Part shown: one piece after another, positions 29,844 through 46,549 of the stretch | Numbering within the stretch: the first letter of the stretch is position 1 | Layout: each line of letters starts with the position of its first letter | NCBI RefSeq assembly: GCF_009914755.1 | Contig: NC_060928.1 | DNA length: 64,000 nucleotides | Strand: one strand, 5' to 3' | Source of the DNA: the human T2T-CHM13v2.0 reference genome, Homo sapiens | Position numbers and translations under genes: made by a program | The notes under the pieces: generated by a model | What the model was told of the DNA's origin: nothing | What the model saw: only the letters and a program-made list of their open reading frames with translations | The model's database searches: none

Positions 29844-30400
<557 letters not shown>

Positions 30401-33372
30401 AGTTTATGTACTTTTATTGGTACATATGAGATGTACATATTTTTGGGTTACACATGGTAATTTGAGACATTCATATAATCAAGTCAGGGTAATTGGGATA
30501 TTTATCACTTTATTTTTTTCTTTATGCTAGGAATGTGTAAATTACTCTCTTTTAGCTGTTTTGAAATGTGCGCTGGATTGGTGTTAACTGGAGTCACCCT
30601 ATTGATATCTTTCGAACACCAGGTCTTATTTCTTCTAAGTGTATATTTGTGCCCATTAATCAACCTCTCTTCACGCCTCCTCCCTCATCCTTTTACTGGT
30701 CTTTGGTAACTACCAGTCTACTCTCTGTCTTCATGAGATCCACTTTTTAGCACCCACGTATGGGTGAGAACAAATGATATTTGTCTGTCTGTGCTTGACA
30801 TGTTTCACTTAACATCATGACCTCCAGGTCCATCCATGTTGCTGCAAATGACAGCATTTCATTCATTTTCATGGCTGAATAATATTTCCTGTGTATATAT
30901 ACCGGGGGCAGATATTTCTTTGATATATTGATTTCTTCTCTTTCAGATATTTACTCAATAGTGGAATTGCAGGATCATATGGTAGTTATAGTTTTAGTTT
31001 TTTGAGGAACCTTCATACACTGTTTTCCATAGTGGCTGTACTAATTTACATTCCCACCAACAGTGTACAAGAGTTCCTGTTTCTCCATATCCTTTCCAGC
31101 ATCGGTTATTCCCCATCTTTTTGATAAAAAGCATTCTAACTGGGGTGAGACGATATCTCATTGTGGTTTTAATTTGCATTTCTCTGATAATTAGTCATGT
31201 TGAGCATTTTTTCACATGCTTTTTGGCCATCTGTATATTTTCTTTTGAGAACTGTCTATGAAAATCTTTGCCCGTTTTAAAATTGGATTATTTGGAGTTT
31301 TTTTGCTATTGAGTTGTTTGGGCTCCTTGTATGTTCTGGTTATTAATCCCTTGTCAGATGGATAGTTTGCAGATATTTTCTCCCATTCTGTAGGTTGTCT
31401 CTTCACTTTCTTAATAGTTTCCATTGCTGTGCAGAAGCTTTTTGGCTTAATGTAATCCCATTTGTCTCTTTCTACTTTTGTTGCCTGTGCTTTTAAAGTC
31501 TTACACAGACAATATTTGTCCACACCAATGTCTTAGAGCATTTCCCCAACATTTTCTTCTAGTAGTTCCATAGTTTCAGGTCATAGATTTGAGTCTTTAA
31601 TCCACTTTGATTTGAGTTTTGTATATGGTAAGAGATAGTGGGCCAGTTTCATTATTCTGTATATGGTTATCCAGTTTTCCCAGCACCATTTATTGAAAAG
31701 ACTGCCCTGTCCCCATTGTATGTTCTTGGCATCTTGTTGAAAATGAGTTGGCTTTAAATGTGTGGATTTATATCTGGGTCCCCTATTATGTTCTGTTGGT
31801 CTGTGTGTCTTGTTTTTACACCAATACCATGCTGATTGGATAGCTGTATGGTATATTTTGAAGTCAGTTAGTGCGATCTCCAGCTTTGTTTTTTTGCTCA
31901 GGATTGCTTTGGCTATTTGGGGTCTTTAGTGGTTCCAATTTATTTGAGGATTTTTTTTTCTATATCTGTGAGAAATGTTGATCGTGTTCTAATAGGGATT
32001 ACATTGAATCTGTAAATTGCTTTGGGTATTATTATCATTTTAACAACATTAATTCCTTCAATCCATGAGTATGGAATATCCTTCCATTTTTTTATGGCCT
32101 CTTCTATTTCTTTCATCAGTGTTTTGTAGTTTTCCTTGTATAGATCTTGCATATATTTGGTTAAATTGATTCCTGGGTGTTTTCTATTCTTTGCAGCTAT
32201 TGTAAATGGAATTGTTTTGTTGATTTATTTTTCAGATTGCTGGTGGAGTATAAAAATGCTGTTGATTTTTGTAATCTTGATTTTGTATTGTGCAACTTAC
32301 TGAATTTGCTTATCAGTTCCCACAGTTTTTTAGTGGAGTCTTAAGGTTTTTCTAAATACAAGATCATGTGGTCTGCATATAAGGCTAATTTGACTTCTTC
32401 TTTTCAATTTGGATGCCCTTTTTTTCTTTCTCTTGACTAATTGTTCTGGCCAGGACTTCCAGGATTATGTTAAATAAAAGTGTGAAAGTGGGCATCCTTG
32501 GCTTGTTCCAGATCTTAGAGGAGAGGCTTTCAAGTTTTCCCCGTTCAATATTATGTTGGCCCTAGGGTTAGGCCTCTGTTATTTTGAGGTATTTTCTTTC
32601 TGTACCCTTTGTTGAGGGTTTTTACAAAAACGGGATGTTGCAACTTATTGAATGCTTTTTCAGCATCTATTGAAATGATTTATATGGTTTCTCTTCTTGC
32701 TTCTGTTAATGTATCACATTTATTGATTGTGCATGTTGAACCATCCTTGCATCCTTGGGATGAATCCCACTTGATCATGGTGAATGATCTTTGTAATTTA
32801 TTTAAAAAATATTGTTGAATTTAGTTTGCTAGTATTGTGTTGAGGATTTTTGCATATATTTGCATCAATGATATTGGCCTGTAGTTTTCTTTTTTTGTTG
32901 TGTTTTTGGTATCAAGATAATGCAGGCCTTGTAGAATGAATTTGAAAGTATTCCACCCTTTTCAATTTCCTTGAAGAGTTTGAGCAGGAATTGGTATTAG
33001 TTCTTTAGATGTTCAGTAGAGTTCAGCAGTGAAGCCATTAGGTCCTGGACTTTTCTTTTGTGGAAGACTTTATTACAGCTTCTATCTTATTACATGCTAT
33101 TGGTTTGTTGAAGTTTTCTATTTCTTCATGGTTCAAACTTGGTAGCTTGTAAGTGTCCAGGAATTTCTCCATTTCTTCTAGGTTTTCCAATTTGTTGACA
33201 TGTGATTGTAATTGTCTTTCATGATTCCTTGTATTTTCTGTGGTCACAATTATGTCCCCTTTTTTGTTTCTGATTTTATTTATTGGGTCTTCTCTCTTTT
33301 TTTATTAGTCAACCTTAAAGGTTTGTTGATTTTTGTTTATCTTTTTTAAAAACCAACTTTTCATTTCATTGA

Positions 33373-33696
<324 letters not shown>

Positions 33697-33896
33697 TGAT
33701 CTTTTATATTTTCATCTCAATTCCATTTATTTTTGCTCTGATCTTTATTCTTTCTGGCCTTCTACTAACTTGGGGTTTGGTTTGTTCTTGCTTTTCTAGT
33801 TCCTTTCTAGTTTCTGGTTGAGGTACATCATCACTAGTTTGTTTATTCGAAGTCTTTCTAGTTGAGGTACATCATCACTAGGTTGTTTATTTGAAA

Positions 33897-36800
33897 TCTT
33901 TTTTTGTTTTGTTTTTTTTTTTGTTTTTGAGACAGAGTCTCACTGTATTGCCCAGGCTGAAGTGCAGTAGCAAGATCATGGCTCATTGCAGCCTTGACCT
34001 TTCAGACACAAGCAATCCTCCTACCTCAGCCTCCCAATTAGCTGGTACTACAGACGTGTACTACCATGCCCAGCTAATTTTTAATTTTTTTGTAGAGACG
34101 GTGTCTTACCATGTTTCCCAGGCTGGTCTCCAACTCCTAGTCTCAAGCAGTCCTCTGGCTCAGCCTCCCCAAGTGCTGGGATTACAGGCATGAGCCACCA
34201 TGCTCAGCCTCAACTTTTTTGATACAGACATTTATTGCTATAAACTTCCCTCTTAGCACTGTTTTTGCTGTATTTCACAGATTTTGGTACATTATATTTC
34301 CCTTTTCATTTGTTTCAAGAATTTTTTTAATTGCCTTTTTAATTTCTTCATTGACCCATTGGTCATTCGAGAGCAACTGTTGTTTAATTTCCATGTGTTT
34401 GTGTAGTTTCCAGCGTTTCTCTTATTGATTTCTAGTTTTATTCTGTTTTATTCAGAAAAGATACTTGATATGCTTTCTACTTTCTTGAATGTGTTGAAAC
34501 TTGTTTTGTGGCATGAACTATGGTCTATTCTGTAGAACGTTCCATGTGCTGATAAAAGGAATTTATTCTGCAGCAGTTGGGTGAAATGTTCTGTAAATGT
34601 CAGTTGGGCATATTTGTCTAGTGTATAGATTAACTCCAATGTTTCTTTGTTGATTTTATGTCAACATGATCTGTCCATTACTGATAGTGGGGTGGTGAAG
34701 TCCCCTACCATTATCGTATTGCAGTGTGTCTCTCTTTTTAGATCTATTAATGTTTGCTTTATATACCTGGGAACCTGGTGTTGGGTGCATAAATATGTAT
34801 AATTATTATACTCTCTTTCTGTATTGACCCCTTTATAATTCTATATAGTGACCTTTGTTGTCTCTTTATAGTCTTTGACTTGTAGGCTACTTTATCTGAT
34901 ATAAGTAAAGCTACTCCTTCTGTTTTTTGCTTGCATGGAATATCTTTTTCCATCCATTCACTTTCAGTCTTATTTGTGTCTTTATAGGTGAAGTGGGTTT
35001 CCTGTAGGCAGTATATAGTTGGGTCTTATTTTTAACCATTCAGACACTCAGTCTTTTAATTGGAGAATGGAGTTAGTTCAGTGTTGTAATTGATATGTAA
35101 GGACTTAATGCTGCCATTTTTTTTTTTTTTTTTTTGCTTCTTTTCTAGTTGTTTTATAACTCTTCTCTTTCTTCCCTTTTTATTGTCATCCTTCGTGGTT
35201 AAGTGATTTTCTCTGGTAGTATGTTTTAATTAATTGCTTTTTATAGCTTTTTACACTGTGGTTACCATGAAGCTTACAAAACGTATCTTTCTAAGTTATT
35301 TTAAAGAACTGACAACTTACCTTAGGTTACACACACACAATAAAAACAAAGAAGACCAGGCATATTGGCTCACACCTGTAATCCCAACACTTTGGGAGAC
35401 AAAGATCAGAGGATTGCTTGAGGCCACAAGTTTAACGTAGTGAGACCCCATCTCTACAAAAATAAAAAAATTAGCTCAGCATGGTGGTACCTGTAGTCCC
35501 AGATATTCAGGAGCCTGAGGCAGGAGGATCACTTGAGCCCAGGAGTTTAAGGCTGTAATGAGCTATGATCATACCATTACACTTCAAGTCTGGGTGACAG
35601 AACAAGACCCAGTCTCTAAAAAACAAACAAACAAAACAAAAAACCCACAAAGACATAACTAAAAAAAAATTCTACTCTTTATCTCCCTCGCATTTTGACT
35701 TGTGGTTGTCTTAATTTACAGATTTGTATATTGCCTATCTCTTAACAGGTTGCTGTAGCTATTATTGTTTTTGATAGATTAGATTTTTAGGCTTCATACT
35801 AGAATTATAAGTGGATTGTATACCACAACTACAGTATCACAGTATTCTGGGTTTGTCTCTGTATTTAATTTTACCAGTGGGTTTTATACCTTCAAATGTT
35901 TTCTTTTTGCACGTTAGTTTTTTTCTTTCAAATTGAAAAACTCCCTTAGCATTTCTTTTAAGATATGCCTGTTCGTGGTGAATTCTCTTAGCTTTTGTTT
36001 ATCTGGGAAGGACTTTATATCTTCATATTTGAAGGGCACTTTTTTTGGATGACATATTCTTGTATGGCAGTTTTTTTCTTTTAGTACTTTGAAAATGATA
36101 GTCTACTTCCTCTTGGCCTGTATGGTTTCTTTTGAGAAGTCTGTTTCTAGATGAATTGGAGTTCCTTTATATGTTATTTGCTTTTCTCTTCTTGCTTTTA
36201 GGATCCTATCTTTGTCCTTGACCTTGGAGAGTTTATTATATGCCTTGGGGCAGTCTTTTTGGGGTTGAATCTCTTTGGTGTTCTCTGACCTTCGTACACC
36301 AGGAAATTTATCTTTCTCAAGTTTTGGAAAGTGTTCTGTTATTATTTCTTTGAGTAAGCTTTCTACCCCTTCATCTTGCTCAACTCCCTCTTGAACACCA
36401 GTAATCCTTAGGTTTTGTATTTTTCTATATCTTGTAGGCAATTTTTGTTCCTTTTTATTCTTTTGTTGTTGTTGTTCTCCTTTGACTGCGTAATTTCAAA
36501 TAGCTTGTCTTCAAGCTCACTGATTCTTGCCTTTGCTTGATCCATTCTCCTGTTGAGATCCTCCAATGAATTTTTCAGCTCAGGAAATGTATTTCTCAAT
36601 TCTAAGATTTGTTTGACATTTTTTATTATTTCAACCTCTTTGTTAAATTTCTCTGATATGAGCCAAGTGTGGTGATGTGCACCTGTGGTTCCAACTACAT
36701 GGGAGGCTGAGGCAGGAGGATCCGTTGAGTCCTAGGTGGTTGAGTCTGCAGTGAGCCATGATTACACCACTGCACTCCAGCCTGGGCGACAGAATGAGAC

Positions 36801-37384
36801 CCTGTCTCAAAAAAATATATTAAAAATTTTTTTCTGATACATTTCTGAATTTTCTGTGTTATCTTGGAGATCACTGAATTTCCTTGATACCTCAATTTTG
36901 AATTCTTGGCCAGAGAGCTCAGGTGTCACTGTCTTGTCAGGATCAATCACTGGTTCCTTGCTTTGTCCATTTGGAGAGTTCATGGTCCCCTGTTTGCTGT
37001 TGTTTCTTGCAGATGTATGTCTGTGTCTTTGAAGGATTAGTTATTTACTCCAGTCTTCTCTGTCTGGCTTGTTTTTTGTTGTTGTTTTTGTTTTTGTTTT
37101 TTGAGACAGAGTCTTGCTCTGTCACCTAGACTGGAGTGCAGTGGCATCATCTCAACTCACTGCAACCTCCGTCTCCTGAGTTCAAGCTATTCTCCTGCCT
37201 CAGCCTCCCGAGTAGCTGGAATTACAGGCACGCAACACCACACCTGGCTAATTTTTGTATTTTTAGTAGAGATGGCATTTCACCATGTTGGCCAGGCTGG
37301 TCTCGAACTCCTGATCTCAGGTGATCCACCTGCCTCAGCCTCCCAAAGTGCTGGGATTACAGGCCTGAACCACCACACCCAGCC
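33897..37384. mobile_element. Further Alus inside L1: - 33897-34209, + 35355-35643, + monomer 36660-36815, - 37070-37384
   Basis: Alu consensus motifs. Confidence 0.88.
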
Positions 37385-38517
37385 TGGCTTGTTTTGGTTT
37401 TCATTGGTTACATTTGCTTAGAGATTCTTCAAACTTTATTGAATTTCATTATACTTTTTTTCCTAGGTCACTGCCTCCTTTTTGTCACTAGATGGTGGCT
37501 AAAGCCCAAGTTTGCCTTGGCTTTAGTGAATGCTCAGACCCCTGCCCATCTGGGATGGGGGAGGTCCCAAAGGGGATGTCCCAGCAGTGTGGAAGGGCTA
37601 GCTAAGGGTTTGTGCCCAGGGGACCTGTGGAATGTACCTCCTACAGCATGTTGTTACTGAACTACCACTCTGATTGGGTGTCTTTGGCTGAGTAATAGAG
37701 AAGAGTTTCCAGGGATGAGGAGGTAGTCCTACATCCCCACTTAGTCTCTGGGTATCCTCAGGGACAGGTCTCCCTTCAGGTATCCATGATGTTTCCTGTG
37801 TGTTGAGGCATGGAACAGGTCTCCTGCCAAATTACCCAAGATAGTAGAAAAGCTGATTGTCCACCTCAATCTCACTTTTTCCGGTGTAGAAACCATGAGT
37901 TAGGGGAGATTTTCCAGGTACTTGGTGCCAGCCAGATTGAGAGAAGGGGCATCACAGGTGTGAAAATTCGATTCTGTCACTGTCTGCTCAGAGGTTTTTT
38001 ACGTCTCTGTGGCCCAGGAACTGACTCGTCCTCATATTTGAGTCCTGGGATAGTGCTGATGATAATGTTAGCATTGTATATTTATTTTTGGTTTTCTTTG
38101 TCAGGATTGAAGTCAGCTTGTGACTACACCACCATTTTAGACCCAGAAGTTTCCCAAATATGCAGTTATTATTGGCCATGTAGAAGTTTCTAAGACCTAG
38201 GGCCATATTTTCTAATGTTTAAATGTCATTTTTTTCAAATAATGTTAATCTTCAAAATGTGATTTTGTCTATTTCTAGAATGTGATTTTATCAGATCTCA
38301 TTAAAGCAAACTCAAGAAAACTATTCAAGGGTTGGTCAAAACATGCCAGTATGTGAAGTATGATTGGGACATGGAGATATGTTTACTTGGAGCTTTGTTT
38401 TAGGCATACTTTATATAATTGAGCTGTGTATTTGAACTATATGAATATGACAAGTTACATAAATTTAGCTAAAGACATTTTGGTTTAAAATCTTACACAT
38501 TTTTGTAATTTCTATAG

Positions 38518-38573
38518 GAAAAAGCTGTTGCTCAAATGAAGATAATGATCTCAGAGTGTGAATCATCTGTGAA
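38518..38573 (+). CDS. CEP135: CEP135 coding exon (~exon 18), 56 nt
   Basis: ctatag|GAAAAA...GTGAA|gtaagt; EKAVAQMKIMISECESSV(N); phases match both neighbours. Confidence 0.9.
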
Positions 38574-39085
38574 GTAAGTCATTAATGAAATTACATCCAG
38601 CTTTTTAGGAGATTTTCAGTGAATACAGCTTTATCTATTCAGTAGCATTGCAGCAATAGAAGAATTTCCCTTTCAATTTCCCCATTTTTGTCAATGGTAG
38701 CATCATTTTCTCAGTCTCCAGCTTGAAAATGTTATCTTCTTTAACCTCTCCTTTTCTGTCATCCACATCTAAACACTTATGTCTTATTAACTATTCTCCT
38801 ATATACCTATTTGTTCCTTATTTTTACTATAATTATGCCACTTGGAGCCTAATCATTAAAACCTAAAATTACTTTAGTAGCCAATCTCGAATTTATTCTC
38901 CATCTAAACCTATCTTGAGCACTGTCACAAAATTTTACATTTTATGTATAGTCTCTCTAGGCAGATTGTAAGCCACTTCAAGAAAAAAGTCACTTATTAT
39001 ATTTATTTTACATACCCTTAACATTTTATATAATAGTGGGGATTATAAACATTTAATAAATATTTGCCAATTGAATCTATGCTTT

Positions 39086-39652
<567 letters not shown>

Positions 39653-39925
39653 CCCAAGCTATTCAACTTTTAACACTTGAAAGTTTTCTGTGTTTACTTG
39701 ACTGTTGGAATAACATTTTTTTTTAACTTCATTTGCATGTAATTATTGGTAGAGCTCTAAAATACCTGTTCTACCTAATTAATAGGTCTCTTAATGCAGC
39801 AGTTATAATTTCTTATAATCACAGTATATTTGTATTCTAAGTATACTTAGACTATAAGTTTTCTTTTAAATGAACTACAGTTTTTAAAAGTTTTCTTTAT
39901 TAGTTTCACATCACTCATTTAACAG

Positions 39926-40094
39926 CCAGCTGAAAGAAACATTGGTTAATCGAGATCGTGAGATAAACAGCCTCCGGCGCCAGCTTGATGCAGCTCACAA
40001 AGAACTCGATGAAGTAGGAAGATCTAGAGAAATCGCTTTTAAGGAAAACAGAAGACTGCAAGATGACCTGGCTACAATGGCAAGAGAAAATCAA
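39926..40094 (+). CDS. CEP135: CEP135 coding exon (~exon 19), 169 nt
   Basis: taacag|CCAGCT...AATCAA|gtatga; QLKETLVNRDREINSLRRQLDAAHKELDEVGRSREIAFKENRRLQDDLATMARENQ. Confidence 0.92.
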
Positions 40095-40236
40095 GTATGA
40101 ACACAAGGCATAAATTTTGATAGTTTTATACTTTCCATTGTTTGCTAAATATTAAAGCTCTAAATATTTTTTCTAAAATCTGATGATATAAAAATAAGTG
40201 ACATAAATAATTCATTAAGGACAATGGTGTTTATCA

Positions 40237-40603
<367 letters not shown>

Positions 40604-41142
40604 CACATAGCTTAGAATGCTGCTATATATCACAGGGTGTCTAATGGGTGCAACTGGTCTTCTCACCATTTTGGTCTTTGTTGCAAGGAAACCTAAAGGT
40701 GGGAGCATGAAATTCTGTATGTCAGAAATCATTGTCACCCTACCGGGCGAGGACATCAGCATCCCTCCCAGAGCAAAGTTTCTGTGTTTTAAAGACTCAG
40801 GATAGGTTTTAATTATTTGTGCAAGCTTCTGTCGGCTCCAAAATACACCTGTAGATAAATGAATGAGTGTTTTAGAATGGCAAGTACTGAAAGGTGTTAG
40901 TTCTGTTCGTGCTGGTTTCTTAAAAGATTGTACTGAGAAAACCAGTGATTTTACTGTTTTAAACATCTTACGTTTTTAAAAAATTATTTTCCGTATTATT
41001 CAGCATAAAGCATATTGATGAAATATGAATGTTTTTTAATGTCAACCCCTGACCATAGCTAGCCTTTAGTGTAAATGCCAGATACATGATCAGGACTATT
41101 ATGGGAAATGTGTGATAAAGTTTGGTTAAAAAGTCAGTATCA

Positions 41143-41503
<361 letters not shown>

Positions 41504-41602
41504 CTATCTTATTCTCCAATTCCAAAGGAATTATTTGAATATAAATAAAATTTATTTGGTGTTGTGTTCATTTTAGATTGTCTTTAATTTTCTGATTTGT
41601 AG

Positions 41603-41713
41603 GAAATCTCATTGGAATTGGAAGCAGCAGTGCAAGAAAAAGAAGAAATGAAGAGCAGAGTTCATAAATACATAACAGAGGTGTCACGATGGGAGAGCTT
41701 AATGGCTGCCAAG
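41603..41713 (+). CDS. CEP135: CEP135 coding exon (~exon 20), 111 nt, phase 0/0
   Basis: ttgtag|GAAATC...GCCAAG|gtgaaa; EISLELEAAVQEKEEMKSRVHKYITEVSRWESLMAAK. Confidence 0.93.
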
Positions 41714-41990
41714 GTGAAAAATATTATTTAGGTTGGATTTAAGACTGAGGTTTTTTTTTTTTTTAACTTTTTCATGTGCCTCTACAATTAGATATTAAAC
41801 ATTTTAAAGTAGAGATCTTGTCTACTGCCTTTTTCTATTTTTCCCATAGATTTTAGTGTGGTACCTGCACAGATATCTAATGCTTCCTAAATTAGAACAG
41901 AATGCTGTGTATGTGTATGTGTTTATGACATAGGTGTTCCAGGAAGTGACAATTACTAATTTAGAAACAATTTTATTGTGATTAAACCAG

Positions 41991-42176
41991 GAAAAAGAAA
42001 ATCAAGATTTGTTAGATAGATTTCAGATGCTTCATAACCGTGCTGAAGACTGGGAGGTCAAAGCCCATCAAGCTGAGGGAGAAAGCAGCTCAGTTCGACT
42101 GGAACTTCTTTCTATTGACACTGAGAGGAGACATCTTCGAGAAAGAGTGGAGCTATTAGAAAAAGAAATTCAAGAG
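41991..42176 (+). CDS. CEP135: CEP135 coding exon (~exon 21), 186 nt, phase 0/0
   Basis: aaccag|GAAAAA...CAAGAG|gtaata; EKENQDLLDRFQMLHNRAEDWEVKAHQAEGESSSVRLELLSIDTERRHLRERVELLEKEIQE. Confidence 0.93.
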
Positions 42177-42200
42177 GTAATATATTTATTTGTTTTGTAA

Positions 42201-42546
<346 letters not shown>

Positions 42547-42644
42547 TCAAAGATACTTTATTGACCTGAGGTCGTAAACATTGATAAAATCAAGTTCAGT
42601 GGTAAATTTCTGTCATTCTCATAATTTGCATAGAAGCCCATTAC

Positions 42645-43780
42645 TTTTTTTTGTAGTAAAAGATACATACATCAAATTTCCCATTTTAACTATTTTTAAG
42701 TAGACAGTTCTGTGGCATTAGTACATTCACAATGTTGTGTAACTATCACCATTATTTGTCATTCTGCTTTCTGTCACTATGAATTCGATTACTCTAGATA
42801 CCTCATATAGTGGAATCACACAATGTTTGTCCTTTTGTGACTGATTTCACTTAGCCTTAAGGTTTACTTTACCTCAAGGTTCATCCATATTGTGTAGCAT
42901 GTGTCAGAATTTCATCCTTTTTTAAGGCTGAATAACATTTCATTGTATGTATGTACCACATTTTTGTTTAGCCATTCCTCTGTCAATGGACATTTGATTT
43001 GTTTCTACCTTTTGGCTGTTGTGAATAATGCTGCTATGAACATGAGTATACAAATATATCTGTTCGGGTGCTTGCTTTCAGTTCTTTTGGGTATATACCC
43101 AGAAGTGGAATTACTGGATCATATGATAATTCTGTGTTTAATTTTTTGAGGAATAGCCATGTGGTTTTTCCGTAGGTGCTACACCATTTTACATTTCTAC
43201 CAGCAATGCACGAGGGTTCCAGTTGCTCCATATCCTTGCCAACACTTGTAATTTTTTTATTTTTTATAAGAGCCGTCATAATGGGAATAGAGCGGTATCT
43301 CGTGGTTCTGATTTGCATTTCCTTAATGGTTAGTGATGTTGAGCATCTTTTCATTTGTTTATTGACGATTTGTGTATCTTCTTTGGAGACATGCTTATTC
43401 AAATCCTTTGTTCATTTTTTAATCAGATTGTTTTAAATTGTTGTTGTAGAAGTTCTTTACATATTCTGGAGATTAATACCTTAGTGTATACGTGATTTGC
43501 AAATATTTTCTCCCATTGTGTGGGTTGCCTTTTCAACAGTTTTTGATGTACAGAAGTTTTCAATTTAAATGAAGTCCAATTTTTTTTTTCCTTTGATGCC
43601 TATACTTGTGGTGTCATATCCAAGAAATTATTGTTAACTGCAATGTCATAAAGCTTTTCCCCTATGTTTTCTAATAAGAGTTTTATAGTTTTAGCTCATA
43701 TATTCAGGTCTTTGTTTCATTTTGAGTTAATTTTTACAAATGATATAAGAGCCCAGCATCATTTTTTTGCATGTGGATTT
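42645..43780 (-). mobile_element. L1MB-type 3' fragment
   Basis: Minus ORF 43034..43402 ([19 protein letters not shown]...YDPVIPLLGIYPKELK) is the L1 ORF2 C-terminus. Confidence 0.88.
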
Positions 43781-43963
43781 AAATAAGATTTTGTCATAAA
43801 GACAGTCTGATAAAAATCTCATAATAAAAAATTTGAGTTCAGTTAAAATATAGGGACCCTGGGTTAGATTGATATACAATAGTTGGCCATTATTGTCATT
43901 TTTGTTTTGTTTTGTTTGTATAGTTTTATAATTTTTATCTTTCAGGAGAAAGTATTGACTATC

Positions 43964-46549
43964 TGTAGCAGATAGAATTATAGCCTCCAGAAAGATATAT
44001 TGAGCCCCAGTCTCTTATTTGGAAAAAGTGTCTTTGCAGATGGAATCAAGTTAAAATGAGGTCATAGCGGATTAGGGTTAGACCCTAAGACCAATGGACT
44101 GATGTCTTTATAGGACAATGGATATTTGGACACAGAAAACACAGGAGAGAACACCACGTAAAGATGGAGGCAAAGATTAGAGTGATATGTGTAGAAGTCA
44201 AGGAGTGTCAAGGACTGCCAGTAGCCATCAGAAACTAGGAGAGAGGCAAAGAACAGATTCTGCTTCAGAATCTCCAGAAGGAACCAAACCTGCCAACACC
44301 TGAATTTTGGACTTCCAGCTTACCGAATTGTGAGAGAATAATTTCTATTTTTTTAGGCCACACAATTTGTGGCAATTTGTTACAGCTGCCCTAGGAAACT
44401 AATACAGATTATAGCACCAGAAAGTGGGTTGCTGCTACAACAAACACCTGAAAATATGAAAGTGGCTTTGGAATTGGGTAATGAGTAGAGACTGAAAGAG
44501 TTTTGAAGTGCTTGACAGAAAAAGCCCAGATTGCCTTGAAGAGATCATTGGTAGAAATAGGGACATGAAAGGCAATTGTGATGAAGACTCAGAAGAGATG
44601 AGAGCTGTAAAGAAAACTTCTATTATTTACAGAATACATATGTTGTCATGGATGGATTTTGCCAGAAATATGAATGTTTCCTCTGGTGATGTCTCAGACA
44701 GAGTTGAGAAAAGATGTTACTTGTTATAAAGTGACAGAGAACTTGGCTAAGTTACGGTCTACTGTTGGGAGAAAAGTAGAATTTGTAAGGGATGAACTCG
44801 GATATTTAGCTGAGGAGATTTCCAAGCAAAGTGCGGAAGAGACATCCTGGTTTCTCCTTGTTACTTACAGTAAAATATGAGAGGAAAGAGAGAAATGGAG
44901 CAAGGAACTGAAAAGCAAAAAAGAAAGCAAGACATGAAGCCAGGTGTGGTAGCTGACACCTGTAATCCTAGTACTTTGGAAGGTCAGGGCAGGCAGATCG
45001 CTCAAGCAATCCACCTGTGTCCACCAAAAAACTACGCTCAGGAGTTCAAGACCAGCCTGGACAACATGGCAAAACCCCATCTCTACAAAAAATACAAATA
45101 ATTAGCCAAACATGGTGGCACGTGGCTGTAGTCCCAGCTACTTGGGGGGCTGAGCCCAGGAGGTCAAGGCTGCAGTGAGCCGAGATCATGCCACTGCACT
45201 CCAGCCTGGGTGACAAAGTAAGACCTTGTCTCAAAAAAAAGGAAAAAAAAATAAACCAGGACTTGATGATTTTGGAAAATTCTTAGCCTATCCAGATAGT
45301 GTGCTCCAGAGTATGGCTAGAAAACCTCTTGGTGAAGAGATTAGATATGTGACTCATGAATCCAATCAATCATCTCAGCAGAATCACTTCCAGCTTTGAC
45401 TGAAAGGAACAGAAATGGGATGAAAAGAAGGAAGGTTGTTGGACTTCTGGGATCCTACTAGCAGAAGACAGACCAACAGAGCTAGTTGGCTGCAAGTTCA
45501 CCTTCAAGAAAAGGACAGAATGACTCTTAAGGGTAGCTCAGAGACCAGCAAGGCCACCAAGGGCAACTCAGAGGCTGGTGGGGCTGTGGCTACCACCACA
45601 AGCCCAGACATCACAGGTCCAGATGATGGAGCTACTGTCTGTCTGCTTGGTTTCAGAGGGCAAGGCCACTGCCCCTGTGGGACACAGGGTGGGGCCCCCC
45701 TGGCTGGCTCAGAGAACAGAGCACCAGAGAATGAAGGCACAAATGATTATTTTTGGGTTTTGAAATCTAATGGATTCAGCCTGCTTGGTTGCAGACTTAC
45801 TTTGGACTAGTAACTCCTTTATTCCTTTTATTTTCTCCCTTTTACAGTGGGACTTCTATGGTATGCCTATCCCACCATTTTATTTTGGAAGCAGTTTACT
45901 TGTTTTCCAGTGTCATAGGTCTGTAGATGGAGGAGAATTTTGTCCCAGTGTGGTCCATATTCAGAGTCTCACCCATATGTGATTCAGATGATGCTTAGAT
46001 GAGATTTTGGGTTTAGAGTTGATGCTAGAATGTTAGGATGGAGTGAATGTGTTTTGTATATGGGAAGGACATGAATTTTGGGGGATCAGAGGGTAGGAGA
46101 ATTGTGTCCACCAGAAAGATACGTTGAAATCCTAATCCCCAGTATCTGTCAACATGACCTTATTTGGAAACAGGGTTTTTGCAAATGTGAACAAGTTAAG
46201 ATGAGGTTGTGCTGGATTAAGGCAGGCCCTAACCTAGTGAATGATGGGTGTCCTTCAAAGATGAGGGAAATTTAGATACAGTACGTACAGAGAAGGCTGT
46301 GTGAAGATGGAGGCAGAGATTGGAGTGATATGTCTGCAAGTGAGTGAACACCAAGCACTGGCAGCATCCACCAGAAGCTAGGAGAGAGGCATGGGACAGA
46401 TTCTCCCATAGAAGCTCTGGAAGAACCAGCCCTGCTAACACCCACATTTTGGACTTCCAGCCTCCAGAACTGTGAAAGGATGAATTTTTGTTTTTTTAAA
46501 ACACCTAATTTGTGGTAGTTGGTTATGGCAGCCCTAGGGAACTAATACA
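43964..46549 (+). mobile_element. MaLR (MLT1C-like) provirus: 5' LTR 43964-44406, internal region, 3' LTR ~46099-46549; Alu inserted at 44938-45252
   Basis: Two homologous LTRs ending ggRaactaataCA; MLT-int start gaaagtggctttggaattgggtaatg; purine tract before the 3' LTR; TSD CTATC on both sides. Confidence 0.88.

Noticed and set aside
45436-45810. GC-richer 124-aa ORF
   Set aside because: Lies in the MLT1 internal region; no ATG start or recognisable domain
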